This document shows, one piece after another, positions 32,568-33,995 of a stretch of 33,995 nucleotides of DNA; within the stretch, counting starts at the first letter, position 1, and the number at the start of each line of letters is the position of its first letter. The notes beneath the pieces are model-generated. The model saw only the letters and a list, made by a program, of their open reading frames with translations. It made no database searches and had not been told where the DNA came from. The stretch lies in contig NW_024705571.1 of assembly GCF_018977255.1 (NCBI RefSeq), forward strand, positions 1 through 33,995, in the 5' to 3' direction. Position numbers and translations under genes: made by a program. Origin of the DNA: Callorhinchus milii (Eukaryota).

Positions 32568-33995
32568 TTAAATCCTGGGAAACGCTAGTAGCGGTTTCGA
32601 ACGCATTTATGCGTTACCTTCCTCATGTTGCCTGGTTTACCACTTATCACTTTGATAATTTGATCACGGTTTTCGGGTTCGTTTTTGTAGTTTCCTCTCT
32701 CACTCTCTCGCGTCGTGGGAGTGTGTGGTGAAAAATTGTGCTGCACGTAACCAGAATTCGCGCACACGACCCACTTTGACACTTGGTTCGTGGCATTCGC
32801 TCTCTCTGCGATTACATGCACATTTGCCGAGTCAGTGTGTCGATTTAATTCTGTCCCTCGTAATGTTGCCCTCTTTGTTTTTACGAGTGTGTTGGATTTC
32901 AACACCATTCCCGATACGTCATGGACATTCGTCTCCATTTTAGCACTCCGATCCACATAATTTTTGGTTTCCCTTGGATATTTTCCATTCAAAGGCTCAT
33001 GCCTGCGCTCCTCAGGGCGTGTCCCTGCTGTCTGTTTTTGTACTGTCCGATCACGCTTCAATGCAACCCTGTCCTTGTATTCGATCCGCGCGTCATTTAC
33101 GGGAGCACTGTCCACGTTTTTGCCCGCCCTGTCACTTGCAGCCTGCCTGTATTTCCATTGAGCTGGGTTTAACAAAACTTCAGCGTGCGTGGCGCGTATG
33201 GGCTGCCCGCTCTCAATCACTGTGGATGGTTCATCACGTATTTGGACCGCATTCTGTGTTATTCCTCTATTCCCTCCTGGTATAGCCGGTGGAGGAATTG
33301 GTCGGAATTGGATCGATTGTGTTTGACCTCCCATCCTGCGATTCTCCTGAATGTTCGCATCCATACCTCCGCGGTCTGTGTAACACCTTCCCGCTAGGTG
33401 GTTATCTTCCCATCTCTGTGCGTAATTTGAACCTTGCGTGTGTCGTGGGATGGGGTGTTGATATGGTTCTGCTCTGAACCTCTCCCTCCTGCGATTCTCG
33501 TACATTTTTGGCCCAGTGTTTCTCCCATTTGGGTGCCAAATTTTTCCTGGATTGTTACCTCGCCATCTGTGGGTAATTTGATCTTGTGTTGTCGTGGCAT
33601 GGGGTGTTGGTATGGTTCTGTTCTGAACCTCCCCCTGCGATTCTCCTGAATGTTCGGCTTTGTGCCGCTCTCATTCTCGTGCCAACCTCTCTCTGGTTAT
33701 TTTGCCATGTGTGCGTGCGTTTTGCTCCGTCTGCATGTGGGACTGCTCGGTGATTTTTATTCCTCTCTGAGAGGCTGGGTTCCTCATCCCTCTCCCTGTG
33801 TTCTGGATCCGAATTATGATTCTTAGCTCTGTATAACCATGCCATGTACGCCTTGCTCTCTATGCGGCGTAAGGATGCGGTTTCTGGATTCAAAACCATT
33901 CTCACCCTTTCTGTAATCTCTGGGCTCAAGGATTCAAAAAACATAATTTTGAACATTTTATCTCCTTCGTGGTATTGATTCACATCGCCTGCGTA
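32568..33995 (-). pseudogene. gag: Gag-like ORF, copy 5 (5' part outside the window)
   Basis: Fragments 33555-33983 and 32585-33505 match copy 4. Confidence 0.8.

Larger units (their letters stand above)
5531..33995 (-). mobile_element. Tandem head-to-tail array of a non-autonomous gag-only LTR retroelement with shared LTRs; unit ~5.95-6.0 kb, at least 4.8 units, open at the window end
   Basis: Unit starts at 5531, 11508, 17459, 23457 and 29411 (periods 5977, 5951, 5998, 5954). Each LTR (TGTTG...CAACA) is followed on + by a minus-strand PPT. LTRs 2-5 are preceded on + by a minus-strand tRNA-Pro PBS. Each interior carries a Gag-like ORF. Confidence 0.92.

Overview
Eukaryotic (probably aquatic non-amniote vertebrate or chordate; inference) repeat-rich DNA with no recognisable host gene. 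Bases 1-5530 hold decayed mobile elements: a TAA-flanked PIF/Harbinger-type MITE, a probable L1-clade ORF2 remnant, a tRNA-derived V-domain-like SINE, a minimal hammerhead ribozyme and a Penelope-like RT/GIY-YIG remnant. Bases 5531-33995 are a head-to-tail array of at least 4.8 copies of a ~5.95-6.0 kb unit, inserted into the Penelope RT and running off the window end. The unit resolves into a minus-strand LTR retroelement in which neighbouring copies share one LTR. It has ~2.65 kb LTRs (TGTTG...CAACA), an 18-nt tRNA-Pro primer-binding site, a polypurine tract and a ~3.3 kb interior. The interior encodes only a Gag capsid-like protein with a long low-complexity tail, followed by 3 x ~118-bp repeats; I see no protease, RT, RNase H, integrase or env. 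Most copy-to-copy frameshifts are 1-bp homopolymer indels and may be long-read consensus errors. Family assignments come from motif recognition by eye, not from database searches.
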